Part shown: in pieces, positions 17,129 to 27,563 of the stretch
How positions within the stretch are numbered: the first letter of the stretch is position 1
Layout of the letters: every line of letters begins with the position of its first letter
Assembly (NCBI GenBank): GCA_946500615.1
Contig: CAMMWP010000003.1
Coordinates: 20,756-84,755, forward strand
Reading direction: 5' to 3'
From: an uncultured Clostridium sp.
Lineage (GTDB): Bacteria > Bacillota > Clostridia > TANB77 > CAG-508
DNA length: 64,000 nucleotides
The notes under the pieces: generated by a model
What the model saw: only the letters and a program-made list of their open reading frames with translations
The model's database searches: none
Told to the model about the DNA's origin: nothing
Made by a program: the position numbers and the translations under genes

Positions 17129-18983
17129 AATGAAAGGAAAGAAAAGAAAAACAATAAAAAGATTATTAAAATATGTAACAGAAGGATATAAATTACAGTT
17201 AGCGATTGTATTAATTAGTATTGTGATTAGTGCCTTAGTAGGGGTTATAGGTACACAATTTATAAAGTACCTAATTGATGATTTTATCACACCACTTTTA
17301 GGAAGTCAGTCTCCTAATTATTCAAACTTGTTAAATGTGATTATGATTATGGCAGGAATATATTTAATAGGGGTAATTTGTACATTTACCTATAACCGAT
17401 TGATGGTTAATATATCACAAGGTGTGTTAAACAAAATTCGTACACAAATGTTTAATCATATGCAAAAATTACCAATTCGATATTTTGATAGTAGAACACA
17501 TGGAGACATTATGAGTACCTATACAAATGATGTAGACACATTAAGACAAATGCTAAGCCAAAGTATTCCACAAGTATTTTCAGCTTGTGTTTCAATGGTA
17601 GCAGTATTAATTGCTATGTTTGCAACAAATATCTATTTAACATTTGTCGTATTAGCCATGGTTGTATTAATGATATTTGTATCAAGATATTTAGGAGGAA
17701 ACAGTTCTAGATTTTTCGTTAAACAACAAGAAGATATCGGAAAAGTAAACGGATATATTGAAGAAATGATGGAAGGACAAGAAGTAGTCAAAGTATTCAA
17801 CTATGAAGAAGATTCAAAAGCAAGATTTGATGACCTAAATGAACAATTATGTGATAGTATGACAAAAGCCAATATGTATGCTAATATCTTAATGCCATGT
17901 ATTATGAATATTGGAAATTTAGGTTATGTATTAGTTGCTGTAATAGGTGGAATCTTATCTGTTAATGGAATTTTGAGTATAGGAAGTATTGCCGCCTTTT
18001 TACAATATGTAAAAGCATTTACAAATCCATTAGGGCAAGTTTCACAACAAATGAACTCTATTATTATGGCATTAGCTGGTGCAGAAAGAATATTTGAATT
18101 AATTGACCAAGAAGAAGAAATAGATGAAGGATATGTAACACTAGTGAATGCAAAAATGGAAAATGGAAAAATTGTAGAAGCAGAAGAAAGAACAGGAATG
18201 TGGGCATGGAAACATCCTCATAAAGACGGAAGAATTACCTATACAAGACTTCGTGGTCAAGTAGAATTTGAAAATGTACAATTTGGATATGAAGAAAAGA
18301 AAAGAATATTACACGATATTACACTTTCAGCAAAAGAAGGGCAAAAAGTATCCTTTGTTGGAGCAACAGGAGCAGGAAAAACAACGATTACAAATTTAAT
18401 TAACAGATTTTATGATATCCAAGACGGAAAAATCCGTTATGATAGAATTAACATTAGAAAAATCAAAAAAGATGACTTAAGAAGATCCTTAGGAATGGTA
18501 TTACAAGACACAAGTCTATTTACAGGAACAATCAAAGATAACATTCGTTATGGAAAACTAAATGCAACAGATGAGGAAGTAGAAGCAGCAGCAAAACTTT
18601 CCAATGCACATACATTCATAAAACACTTACCACATGGATATGACACCATGATAACAGGAAATGGAGAAGGATTATCACAAGGGCAAAGGCAGTTATTATC
18701 CATTGCAAGAGCAGCATTAAACAATCCGCCAGTACTAATCTTGGACGAAGCAACATCAAGTATAGACACAAGAACAGAAAAAATTGTTCAAGAAGGAATG
18801 GATAAATTGATGAAGGGAAGAACGGTATTTGTCATAGCGCATAGACTTTCTACAATCAAAAACTCTGATTTAATTATGGTATTAGATCATGGAAGAATCA
18901 TAGAAAGAGGAAATCATGAAGAATTAATTGCACAAAAAGGAACCTATTATGGATTATACACAGGAGCAATAGAAATAGATTAG
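17121..18983 (+). CDS. ABC exporter, fused permease/ATPase subunit 2
   Basis: Walker A GATGAGKTT, signature LSQGQRQ, Walker B LILDEATS. Overlaps the previous gene by 8 nt, consistent with a heterodimeric pair. Confidence 0.9.
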   Translation: MPKMKGKKRKTIKRLLKYVTEGYKLQLAIVLISIVISALVGVIGTQFIKYLIDDFITPLLGSQSPNYSNLLNVIMIMAGIYLIGVICTFTYNRLMVNISQGVLNKIRTQMFNHMQKLPIRYFDSRTHGDIMSTYTNDVDTLRQMLSQSIPQVFSACVSMVAVLIAMFATNIYLTFVVLAMVVLMIFVSRYLGGNSSRFFVKQQEDIGKVNGYIEEMMEGQEVVKVFNYEEDSKARFDDLNEQLCDSMTKANMYANILMPCIMNIGNLGYVLVAVIGGILSVNGILSIGSIAAFLQYVKAFTNPLGQVSQQMNSIIMALAGAERIFELIDQEEEIDEGYVTLVNAKMENGKIVEAEERTGMWAWKHPHKDGRITYTRLRGQVEFENVQFGYEEKKRILHDITLSAKEGQKVSFVGATGAGKTTITNLINRFYDIQDGKIRYDRINIRKIKKDDLRRSLGMVLQDTSLFTGTIKDNIRYGKLNATDEEVEAAAKLSNAHTFIKHLPHGYDTMITGNGEGLSQGQRQLLSIARAALNNPPVLILDEATSSIDTRTEKIVQEGMDKLMKGRTVFVIAHRLSTIKNSDLIMVLDHGRIIERGNHEELIAQKGTYYGLYTGAIEID

Positions 18984-19036
18984 TGACTTTTAAGGGGTAT
19001 TGTATGTACAATGCCCCTTAAAAATGTACTGAGATG

Positions 19037-19108
19037 TTCCGGTCGCATTTGAACGCATTAAAAATATACCATATAGTTACTCTCAAATGGAAAGGTCTAA
19101 ACGATAAC
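19037..19108 (+). repeat. Truncated foldback element copy D (3' end of core plus right arm only)
   Basis: ttccggtcgcatttgaacgc followed by an arm homologous to the right arms of copies A and C. Confidence 0.7.
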
Positions 19109-19240
19109 TTTAAATTTAAAAAAATTTATAAAATGTATACAAATGTTAATTGTTATGATACAATGAACAAAATAAGATAGTGAAGTAACTGATACAAAAA
19201 AAGGATCATGCAAAACTATCAATAAGAAGGGGGAAAACAA

Positions 19241-20944
19241 ATGAAGGAAAAAATGGTAAAAAAATTAATCATTATATTAATCGTATTAATTATTGTTTTA
19301 GGAGGCGTTTTTGCATATTTATATTTCGCAACAGATGTCTTAAAAACAAATGCACAATTATTTTTTAAATATGCAGCTCAAATAGTAGATGAACAAGATG
19401 GATTTATAGATAGTCAATTACTAGAATATTCAAAGAAAAAACAAGCAGGAAAATATGAAGACAGTGGGAAATTTTATATGGACATTGATATAACTGGAAT
19501 GGATTCAGAACTATTGCAAACACTAAATGATTTTAATATAGAATATTCGGGAAAAATTGATAATACAACAAGAAAAAATGAACAAGAAATTTCTATCAAT
19601 TATTCAAATGATACAAAATTTCCATTTAAGTATAAATATGCAGATGAGACATTAGGATTACAAACAGATTATGTTTCTGGTAAATATATTGGAATAGAAA
19701 ATAGAAACTTAAAAGAATTAGCTGAAAAATTTGGAATAACAGATACAACAGAATTTCCAGATACAATTGACTTATTTAGTAATTCTACAAATCAAGAGGC
19801 AATAAACTTTACAAAAGAAGAAAAAGAGCAAATAATCAATACATATAAATCTATAATAGAGGGAAAACTAGGAGAAAAAGAATTTACAAAAACGCAAGAA
19901 GATAAAACAACCAGTTATTCTGTAGAAATTACCAATCAAGAATTAAAAGACTTGATGGTCGCTGTTTTAGAAGCACTAAAAAATGATCAAATAATATTAC
20001 CAAAATTAGAAGAAGCAACAAAAGAAATAATAGAAAGTATGAACGCAACTACGACAGAAGAAATAACGGTACAACAAATTGTCCAAGAAATGATAGATGA
20101 TTTAAATGCATCAAAAATAGAAGAAGGAACTAATCGTATAACCATATCACAAACAGATAAAAAATTATCAAGTATAGCTGTGAAAACAGAAGAAGTAGAA
20201 TTAAAAATAACAAAAACGAATACAAATGGGACTTTAACATATGGAATGGAAATGAATGCAGTAGATGCAGAAACACAAGATGATATGAAATATTTTTTTA
20301 CAGCAAGTTATCAAGGTTTAGAACAATTAGCAAGTATAAATGAAGTATATCAATATGGTTTAATAGGAACAATAGATGGACAAGAACAAAAAATGGTATA
20401 TAATTTAAATTGCACAGATACTTTTAATGATGGAATCACAATTGCAGATTATGACCCAGATGAAGTACAAATATTGAATCAATATAATGCTGAGCAAATA
20501 GTGGTATTAATCACATCAATTGTTGAAAGAATTGGACAAGTAAATGTAATGCAAATGGAAGAAATAGGATTTAGTGAATATGGAAATCCACTTTTGTTTA
20601 CAATTCCAACAATGCCACTTAGTATGTTAATCTATAATCAAGCATCAGATGTTATTCATGAAAGTTCTATGTCTGATATGGAAATGGAATTGTTTAACCA
20701 AAGATTCATGCAATATGAAGGAGAACAAAATGGAATCAATGTGAAAGCATTATTACAATCAGTTGTTACGAATAATGTAAGCGAAACAGAAGAAAATAGA
20801 AAAGTAGAAGTTAGTGGAGCTGTAACCATAGGAAAAGATGACACAGAAGCACCACTAAGTGAGATTGATACAGCTTCAACATATGATGTACAGATAGAAT
20901 ATAATGAAGGATTAGTCAGTCAAATAATAATTACGGAGCAGTAA
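19241..20944 (+). CDS. Membrane-anchored hypothetical protein (567 aa)
   Basis: Good RBS (GGGGGA), N-terminal TM helix, long acidic extracytoplasmic region. No motif recognised. Confidence 0.6.
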   Translation: MKEKMVKKLIIILIVLIIVLGGVFAYLYFATDVLKTNAQLFFKYAAQIVDEQDGFIDSQLLEYSKKKQAGKYEDSGKFYMDIDITGMDSELLQTLNDFNIEYSGKIDNTTRKNEQEISINYSNDTKFPFKYKYADETLGLQTDYVSGKYIGIENRNLKELAEKFGITDTTEFPDTIDLFSNSTNQEAINFTKEEKEQIINTYKSIIEGKLGEKEFTKTQEDKTTSYSVEITNQELKDLMVAVLEALKNDQIILPKLEEATKEIIESMNATTTEEITVQQIVQEMIDDLNASKIEEGTNRITISQTDKKLSSIAVKTEEVELKITKTNTNGTLTYGMEMNAVDAETQDDMKYFFTASYQGLEQLASINEVYQYGLIGTIDGQEQKMVYNLNCTDTFNDGITIADYDPDEVQILNQYNAEQIVVLITSIVERIGQVNVMQMEEIGFSEYGNPLLFTIPTMPLSMLIYNQASDVIHESSMSDMEMELFNQRFMQYEGEQNGINVKALLQSVVTNNVSETEENRKVEVSGAVTIGKDDTEAPLSEIDTASTYDVQIEYNEGLVSQIIITEQ

Positions 20945-21004
20945 TTTTACTATAAAAAGTTATTAGAATTTTCAATTGAATTTAGGGTAGAGGAGTAGAT
21001 TTTT

Positions 21005-22165
21005 ATGAGTGATATGACAATTTCAGAGGATATGATTCATATTGGTGCAAGTGACAAAAATATTAAAATATTTGAAAATCAATATGTATTAGAAAACGGA
21101 ATGAGTTATAACTCTTATGTAATAAAAGATCAAAAGAATGTTATATTAGATACTATTGATGAAAAATTAACAGATATATGGTTAGAAAATTTAGAAAAGG
21201 CATTAGATGGAGAAAAACCAGATTATCTAATTGTTTCTCATATGGAGCCAGACCATGCATATAATATAGGAGCATTAGCAAAAAAATATCCAGAAATGAA
21301 AATTGTTGGAAATCAGTTTACTTTTAATATGCTTGCAAATTTCTTTAAAGAAATCGATTTTTCTAATCGAAAATTTGTAGTAAAAGAGGGCGATGTCTTA
21401 GATATTGGAAAACATAAGTTACAATTTTTTATGGCACCAATGGTACATTGGCCAGAAGTTATGGTAACATATGAGCAAACAGAAAAAATCCTTTTTTCAG
21501 CAGATGGTTTTGGAAAATTTGGAGCAATCGAGGCAGAAGAAGAATGGGCTCCAGAAGCAAGAAGATATTATTTTGGAATTGTGGGAAAATATGGCATGCA
21601 AGTACAAGCATTACTAAAAAAAGCTGCCAACTTAGATATTCAAATGATTTGTCCTCTACATGGACCAATTTTAAAAGAAAATTTAGGGTATTATATAGAA
21701 AAATATGATACATGGAGTAGTTATCAACCAGAGGAAGAGGGAATTTTTATTGCTTGTAGTTCTATCTATGGAAATACATTGAAAGCTGCACAAAAACTAG
21801 CAGAGATATTAAAAGAAAAAGGAAATAAAAAGGTTGTAATAGCAGATTTAACAAAAGAAGACTGGGCAGAATCAGTGGCAAATGCTTTCAAGTATTCTCA
21901 TTTAATTGTTGCATCTTCTAGTTATAATGCAGGGATATTTCCTCCTATGAAACAATTTTTAAATCATTTAAAGGAAAGAAATTATCAAAATAGAACAGTA
22001 GGTATGATAGAAAATGGCTCATGGGCACCATCAGCAGGAAAAGAAATGAAGCGTATTTTAGAAGAAATGAAAAATATCAATATTATAGAACCGATGATTA
22101 CAATTAAATCAACAATGAGCAACGAAAATATCTCACAAATGGAACAATTAGCAAATGAACTTTAG
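21005..22165 (+). CDS. Flavodiiron-type protein (metallo-beta-lactamase fold + flavodoxin-like domain)
   Basis: SHMEPDHA metal motif in the N-terminal MBL-like domain. The C-terminal segment is flavodoxin-like (IFIACSSIYGNT). Confidence 0.7.
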   Translation: MSDMTISEDMIHIGASDKNIKIFENQYVLENGMSYNSYVIKDQKNVILDTIDEKLTDIWLENLEKALDGEKPDYLIVSHMEPDHAYNIGALAKKYPEMKIVGNQFTFNMLANFFKEIDFSNRKFVVKEGDVLDIGKHKLQFFMAPMVHWPEVMVTYEQTEKILFSADGFGKFGAIEAEEEWAPEARRYYFGIVGKYGMQVQALLKKAANLDIQMICPLHGPILKENLGYYIEKYDTWSSYQPEEEGIFIACSSIYGNTLKAAQKLAEILKEKGNKKVVIADLTKEDWAESVANAFKYSHLIVASSSYNAGIFPPMKQFLNHLKERNYQNRTVGMIENGSWAPSAGKEMKRILEEMKNINIIEPMITIKSTMSNENISQMEQLANEL

Positions 22166-22235
22166 GGACTGACACGGGCTTTAAACATGTTATAAACAGA
22201 GAAAATGTTCAAATAAGCCCGCTATTGTTTAAATC
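22166..22235. repeat. Copy of the cgggctttaaa..cagagaaaatgtt..cccgctattgtt repeat module
   Basis: Near-identical module at 33995-34045. Confidence 0.45.
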
Positions 22236-22243
22236 AAAGGCTG

Positions 22244-22438
22244 GTGATTTCTATGTTACGTAAAAAAATGGAAACAGGATTAATTGTTGTTAGACAAACA
22301 AAATTTGATAAAATCAGAAGAGGTTTGCTAATGTTTTTTTATGGAAATGATTATAAAATATTTGAGAATTACCAACAACTAATAAAAGTAAATCGACCAA
22401 AAAATATAATCATACCAAAAGAAATCAAAAACCTTTAA
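22244..22438 (+). CDS. Small hypothetical protein (64 aa), doubtful
   Basis: ORF only. GTG start with a weak RBS. Confidence 0.25.
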   Translation: MISMLRKKMETGLIVVRQTKFDKIRRGLLMFFYGNDYKIFENYQQLIKVNRPKNIIIPKEIKNL

Positions 22439-22628
22439 AGTAAATAAAAGAAATATATGCATATATAAAAGATGGTTTGCTAAAGGCAAATACATCTTTT
22501 TTCTATATTGTGATGAAAAATGTGAGAAAACATGATATAATGAGATATGGTTATTACTTTTATGTTACCATTTTTACAAGAAATGATAATTACAACAGTT
22601 ATTTGAAGAATATATGAGAGGATAGAAA

Positions 22629-23654
22629 ATGAAAAATATCAAAGATTATACGTTAGAGGAATTAAAAGAAGTGTTAAAAGAAATTGGAGAAAAACCATTT
22701 CGTGCTGAACAAATTTATAAATGGATATATGGAGCTAGAGTTTCCGATTTTGAAGATATGACAAATTTATCTTTAGAATTGAGAGAAAAGCTAAGAAAAA
22801 ACTTTGAAATCAAAGAATTTAAAATATTGAAAAAACAAGAAGCATCAGATGGAACGAAGAAATATTTATTTGATGTCTTAGATGGAAATGCAATTGAAAC
22901 AGTATTAATGCAATATCATCACGGATATAGTATTTGTGTATCCTCACAAATTGGATGTAAAATGGGATGCAAATTTTGCGCATCTACTGGAATTCCTTTT
23001 GCAAGAAATTTAAGTTCAGGAGAAATTATTGAACAAATTATGGCAGTGGAAAGAGATGCCAATGTTAGAATCTCTAATATTGTATTCATGGGAATTGGAG
23101 AGCCATTAGATAATTATGATAATGTTGTAAAAGCGATTCGAATCATTAATCATCCAAAAGGGTTAAACATAGGAGCAAGACATATTAGTATTTCTACAAG
23201 TGGTTTAGTTCCTAAAATTTATCAATTAGCAGAAGAAAATATACAATGTACTTTATCGATATCTTTACATGCAACAACAAATGAGCAAAGAAGTAACATG
23301 ATGCCAGTAAACAATACATATCCTATAGAAGAGCTATTACAAGCATGTAAGGATTATATTGAAAAAACGCATAGAAGAATTTCTTTTGAATATGCATTGG
23401 CAAAGGAAAATAATGATAATTTAGAAGATGCTAAACGATTAGTAAAGTTACTAAAAGGAATGCTTTGCCATGTCAATTTAATTCCAATTAATAAAATTGA
23501 AAATGGAACATATACAAAAAGTTCAAATGAGAATGTTATGAAGTTTAGAGATTATTTAAATGATCATGGCATTGTGGCAACTATTAGAAGAGAATTAGGG
23601 TCAGACATAGATGCAGCTTGTGGACAGTTAAGAAGAAAAAATCTGAAAGGATAG
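22629..23654 (+). CDS. rlmN: 23S rRNA/tRNA A2503 C2 methyltransferase RlmN (radical SAM)
   Basis: CKMGCKFCASTG radical-SAM cluster motif, GIGEPLDN, C-terminal CGQL. Confidence 0.92.
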   Translation: MKNIKDYTLEELKEVLKEIGEKPFRAEQIYKWIYGARVSDFEDMTNLSLELREKLRKNFEIKEFKILKKQEASDGTKKYLFDVLDGNAIETVLMQYHHGYSICVSSQIGCKMGCKFCASTGIPFARNLSSGEIIEQIMAVERDANVRISNIVFMGIGEPLDNYDNVVKAIRIINHPKGLNIGARHISISTSGLVPKIYQLAEENIQCTLSISLHATTNEQRSNMMPVNNTYPIEELLQACKDYIEKTHRRISFEYALAKENNDNLEDAKRLVKLLKGMLCHVNLIPINKIENGTYTKSSNENVMKFRDYLNDHGIVATIRRELGSDIDAACGQLRRKNLKG

Positions 23655-23656
23655 AT

Positions 23657-24079
23657 ATGAAAGATTTAATCTATATAGAACAAGAACAAATAAATAAATT
23701 TGATACTTTACAAAAATTGTATGAATTTATATTTGGAGCGAAATACTTTACTTTAACAGAAAAAGAAAAATTTATTAGAAGATATGAGATTGCTTTTTAT
23801 AAAATTAAATTTTATGGTTTAGATTTGGATATTGTGCATACTATGATGGGAACATTAGGGGAACAATATAAAATTATAGATAAAAAATATAATCCAGAAA
23901 AAGCATTTATAATTGATGATGAAAAACAATTTGTAATATCTTTATGTAAAATTCCTAATATTACAATATTGGAGAGCAAATTAAGTAATAATATATTAAC
24001 AATAGGAGATAAAAAAGAATATAAGGGAAATTATATTGTAATTAATGAATTTTATGGATTTAGAAGGTTGATAAAATGA
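23657..24079 (+). CDS. Hypothetical protein (140 aa), partner of the amidoligase-like gene
   Basis: The ATG follows directly after the rlmN stop codon (TAG ATA TGA context). The stop overlaps the next start (ATGA). Confidence 0.55.
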   Translation: MKDLIYIEQEQINKFDTLQKLYEFIFGAKYFTLTEKEKFIRRYEIAFYKIKFYGLDLDIVHTMMGTLGEQYKIIDKKYNPEKAFIIDDEKQFVISLCKIPNITILESKLSNNILTIGDKKEYKGNYIVINEFYGFRRLIK

Positions 24080-25401
24080 ATCGTAGAGAAACTGATAATT
24101 TTTTAGAGAATATAAATGAATATACAGAGCAAGAAATAATAACAAATATGTCAGATATTAAGGAATATTTACGTTGGCTTCCATGGGATTTTAAAAAAGA
24201 ATATTTCAAAAAACTCATTAAAGTTGCTGATAAAAGCAAAATATTGTATGAATTATTTAAGGATGAAAAGAAATTTTTGTATTGGGAAGAAAAATTAGAT
24301 TTTCCAAAAAGATTAAAATTTGGATTGGAAATAGAAGTAACAGATGTACCTTTAGATGAAATTCGATTTCTTTTTGAAACAAGTTCTATAATGGAAATTA
24401 TGAATATTTTAGAGGTTCCTACTGATGTCTCAAATGTAATTATTGGAAATTCGGATTTTGAAAAGAAAAATGAATTTAGTAAGTGGATTTTTTCATCAGA
24501 AGCACAGATGGATTCATCAGAAGTATCAACACCAATTTTAGAAAATACTCTTTTTGATCTGAATCAAATTGTTGCTATTTGTACATTATATAAAGCTTTA
24601 AATGCTCGATTAAATGGAGGGACAGGTCTCCATATAAATGTTGGTGCTGATTATTTAGAATGTAATGAAAAAGCAATAGAAAATTTACTTAAAATCTGGG
24701 GAGAATGTGAAGAGGTATTTTTTAAAATTGCAAATCCAGAAGGCGAAGAAATAAGAGTAGATGCACGTATTATGGCAGTACCAATAAAAGAAAATATCCA
24801 AAATTTTTTTGAGGAAGATGGTAGTGTAACTTTTAATACAGAAGAGGATATGGAAAAATTTCTATATCAAATTCAAGCACGAAATAGAATGGCTGATGTT
24901 ATTGAAGGATCAAGGTTTGGACCAGAGAATGATGTGGAATATGATTTACGTTATGCAAAAACAGATGAAGAAATATTTGATATTTATCATAGATATAATA
25001 TGGAAATGAAAAAGAGGCCTAATGAAGATGATAAAGTAAGATGGACAAGCATAAATTTTAATCATATGAAATGGAATGATAATAATCCGGGAAGAATTGA
25101 AATAAGAATATTTAATTCTTCTTTAGAACCAGAAATTATTTTCCAAAATTTATTATTAGTAGGGAAAATGTTTGAAGTAAGTATAAAAAATGCCAAAGAC
25201 CCAAAATATAAAAAAGATGAGTTTGAAAAATTATTTTTGCGAGATGTAACGGAAGAAGATAAAGTAAATAATTTATTAAATTTGTTGTTTGATAAGAGTA
25301 AAGAAAAAGAGATATTCAAAAAGCGATGGAATTCAGTTAGTCAAAAAAGAAGCTTTCAAAATTATAGTTCAAGAAAAGATACTTTTGAGAAATTATTATA
25401 A
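24076..25401 (+). CDS. Glutamine-synthetase-like amidoligase (Amidoligase_2-type) protein
   Basis: Motif series KFGLEIEV, W..SSEAQMDSSEVSTPIL, GTGLHINVG, SINFNHM...GRIEIRIFNSSL. This follows the ExE / D.S..E..SP / GLHxH / ExR pattern of that family. Confidence 0.65.
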   Translation: MNRRETDNFLENINEYTEQEIITNMSDIKEYLRWLPWDFKKEYFKKLIKVADKSKILYELFKDEKKFLYWEEKLDFPKRLKFGLEIEVTDVPLDEIRFLFETSSIMEIMNILEVPTDVSNVIIGNSDFEKKNEFSKWIFSSEAQMDSSEVSTPILENTLFDLNQIVAICTLYKALNARLNGGTGLHINVGADYLECNEKAIENLLKIWGECEEVFFKIANPEGEEIRVDARIMAVPIKENIQNFFEEDGSVTFNTEEDMEKFLYQIQARNRMADVIEGSRFGPENDVEYDLRYAKTDEEIFDIYHRYNMEMKKRPNEDDKVRWTSINFNHMKWNDNNPGRIEIRIFNSSLEPEIIFQNLLLVGKMFEVSIKNAKDPKYKKDEFEKLFLRDVTEEDKVNNLLNLLFDKSKEKEIFKKRWNSVSQKRSFQNYSSRKDTFEKLL

Positions 25402-25482
25402 ATAAAATAAATTTAAATTTTATAAAATAGATGACTCATGAATCAGAAATAGAATATACTATATAAAACGGTTAACAAATCT

Positions 25483-25756
25483 ATAAGTTAGAAAAAATCA
25501 CACAAATATTGATTTTTTCTAACTTATAAGGCATCTGTTGAGCGTAGCGTTTGTTCTGTTATAGGAAAAATCGAAGATTTTCCTATAACATCAATCATTG
25601 CACACAAATTTTGACTCACGTAAAATTGTGTACTTTCCTATTGTAGAACATAGGACGTGTCAAATCGTTCAAAAATATCCCCAAAGGACAGGTATGCGAT
25701 GTTATCGTCTGTCCCTTTTGAACAAAAAATGTCCATTTTGGCACGTCCCCAAAGAA
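25483..25756. repeat. Composite of hairpin and mosaic repeat modules
   Basis: Contains a 19-bp perfect hairpin (tataagttagaaaaaatca), an ataggaaaaatcgaag..cctat hairpin, a gcacacaaattttgac..gtaaaat module, a ggacgtgtcaaatcgttc module and a ggacagg..tgtccc palindrome. Confidence 0.6.
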
Positions 25757-27235
25757 CTAAAGAATAATACAAATTAATCCACCACTACCCTCATTAACAA
25801 TTCTTTCTAATGTTTCTTGTAACTTAATCTGTGCTTCTTCCGGCATCTTAGCAAGTTTCGTTTGAAGTCCTTCATTTACTAGCTCATGTAAACTCTTTCC
25901 AAAAATATTAGATTCCCAGATTTTTTGAGGATCACTTTCAAATCCAGAAAGTAAGTAATTTACTAATTCTTCTGACTGTTTTTCAGAGCCAACAATTGGG
26001 CATACTTCAGTTGCAACATTTGTCTTAATAAGATGAATAGAAGGTGCCATAGCTTTTAGTTTAACCCCAAATTTAGAACCTTGTTTTACCATTTCTGGTT
26101 CTTCTAAAATTAATTCATCCATTGAAGGAGTTACAATTCCATATCCTTTTCGATTGACTTCATCTAATGCATAAGCAATTTTATCATACTTTCTTTTTAT
26201 ACCGGCCAATTCAGTAATAATGCTAAACAAATCTCCTTCGTTAGAAACAGGGACACCTGTAATTTCTGTAAGAACTTGATAAAATAATTCTTCTTTTAAA
26301 GTGATTTCAACATTTACCTTTCCAGTTCCTAATTGTATATCTGAAATAGAAGTTTTAGAAATAATTTCTGTTTGCTTAATTGTATCTGCACAACTTGATA
26401 TTTCTTTTAAAACATTCACATTAGAAAAAGCATCTCTAATTTCTTTGAAAAGTTCTGCTTTCAAAGGATGTGACATATCTAAGCCATCAATCCATCTAGG
26501 AAATTTAATGCAAACTTGGTCAACAGGGAATTCATATAAAACTTTTGAAAACATCGTATTAATATTTTCAATTGTTAAGTATTCGCAATTAAGAGGCATA
26601 ACAGAGGTATTGTATTTTTCACTTAAGCTATCTGCAAGTTCTTTGGTGTAGTCTGAATTAGGGTCATTTGAATTTAGTAGAATAATAAAAGGTTTGTTCA
26701 AAGCTTTTAATTCATTGACAACTCTTTCTTCAGCTTTAATATAATCTTCTCTAGGGATATCTGTAATACTTCCATCGGTTGTTACTAATATACCAATTGT
26801 GGAATGTTCTTCAATTACTTTTTTTGTTCCGATTTCGGCAGCAGTTTCAAAAGGAATTTCTTCTTCAGACCAAGGGGTTTTTACCATTCTAGGCATGTCA
26901 TCTTCTAAGTAGCCAATCGCATTATCTACTAAATAGCCAACACAATCAACAAGTCTGGTTTTGAATTTTAAATTATCATTTAAAGTAATTTCTATTGCTT
27001 CATTAGGAACAAATTTTGGCTCTGTTGTCATAATTGTTCTACCACCAGCACTCTGTGGTAATTCATCTTTAGCCCTTTCTTTTTTATATTCATTATCAAT
27101 ATTTGGAATGACTAATAGGTCCATAAATCTTTTGATGAATGTGGACTTACCAGTTCGTACTGGTCCAACAACACCTACATAAATATCCCCATCAGTTCTT
27201 TTTGCGATGTCTTGATACAATCTTGTATTTTCCAT
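25757..27235 (-). CDS. spoIVA: Stage IV sporulation protein A (spore coat morphogenetic ATPase)
   Basis: Collinear with B. subtilis SpoIVA over the full length: GVVGPVRTGKSTFIKRFM, ELPQSAGGRTIMTTEPKFVPN, C-terminal NEGSGGLICIIL. Confidence 0.97.
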   Translation of the reverse strand: MENTRLYQDIAKRTDGDIYVGVVGPVRTGKSTFIKRFMDLLVIPNIDNEYKKERAKDELPQSAGGRTIMTTEPKFVPNEAIEITLNDNLKFKTRLVDCVGYLVDNAIGYLEDDMPRMVKTPWSEEEIPFETAAEIGTKKVIEEHSTIGILVTTDGSITDIPREDYIKAEERVVNELKALNKPFIILLNSNDPNSDYTKELADSLSEKYNTSVMPLNCEYLTIENINTMFSKVLYEFPVDQVCIKFPRWIDGLDMSHPLKAELFKEIRDAFSNVNVLKEISSCADTIKQTEIISKTSISDIQLGTGKVNVEITLKEELFYQVLTEITGVPVSNEGDLFSIITELAGIKRKYDKIAYALDEVNRKGYGIVTPSMDELILEEPEMVKQGSKFGVKLKAMAPSIHLIKTNVATEVCPIVGSEKQSEELVNYLLSGFESDPQKIWESNIFGKSLHELVNEGLQTKLAKMPEEAQIKLQETLERIVNEGSGGLICIIL

Positions 27236-27476
27236 CTATATACCTCCTTCTAATTACTTTCAAAATGTTTGTATACTTTCAGATGATGTGTCATGTTCTA
27301 AAAGTAAAATCGTCGCACGCAAATTTTATTTCTTAAAATTTGGTACATAAGCAACAGACGTGACATGTGAAGTTGTCTAAAAGGATAAGAGATTGATATA
27401 TGCCACTGTTGTTTTCATTGCTTTAATTAATGTATATTGGACTTTTTTTAGGTTTATGACAAGTTTTCTAAAAAAC

Positions 27477-27505
27477 TTGATAAAAATAATTGGTTATGAT
27501 AAAAT
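27477..27505 (+). promoter_or_regulatory. Candidate sigma-A promoter
   Basis: TTGATA - 17 nt - TAAAAT. Confidence 0.5.
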
Positions 27506-27563
27506 AGCAATATTAAAATCAAAACATATACTATATTATATTAGCTAAAAGGAGCGAAACAAA

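Noticed and set aside
18991-19020. Hairpin taaggggtattgta/tacaatgcccctta after the ABC transporter, considered as a terminator
   Set aside because: The stem is good, but it is followed by an A run rather than a U tract on the + strand. It was left unannotated.
27236-27335. Sigma-E promoter upstream of spoIVA
   Set aside because: Only a partial -10-like match (tatacaaa against the CATACA-T consensus) and no convincing -35 at the right spacing. Too weak to annotate.
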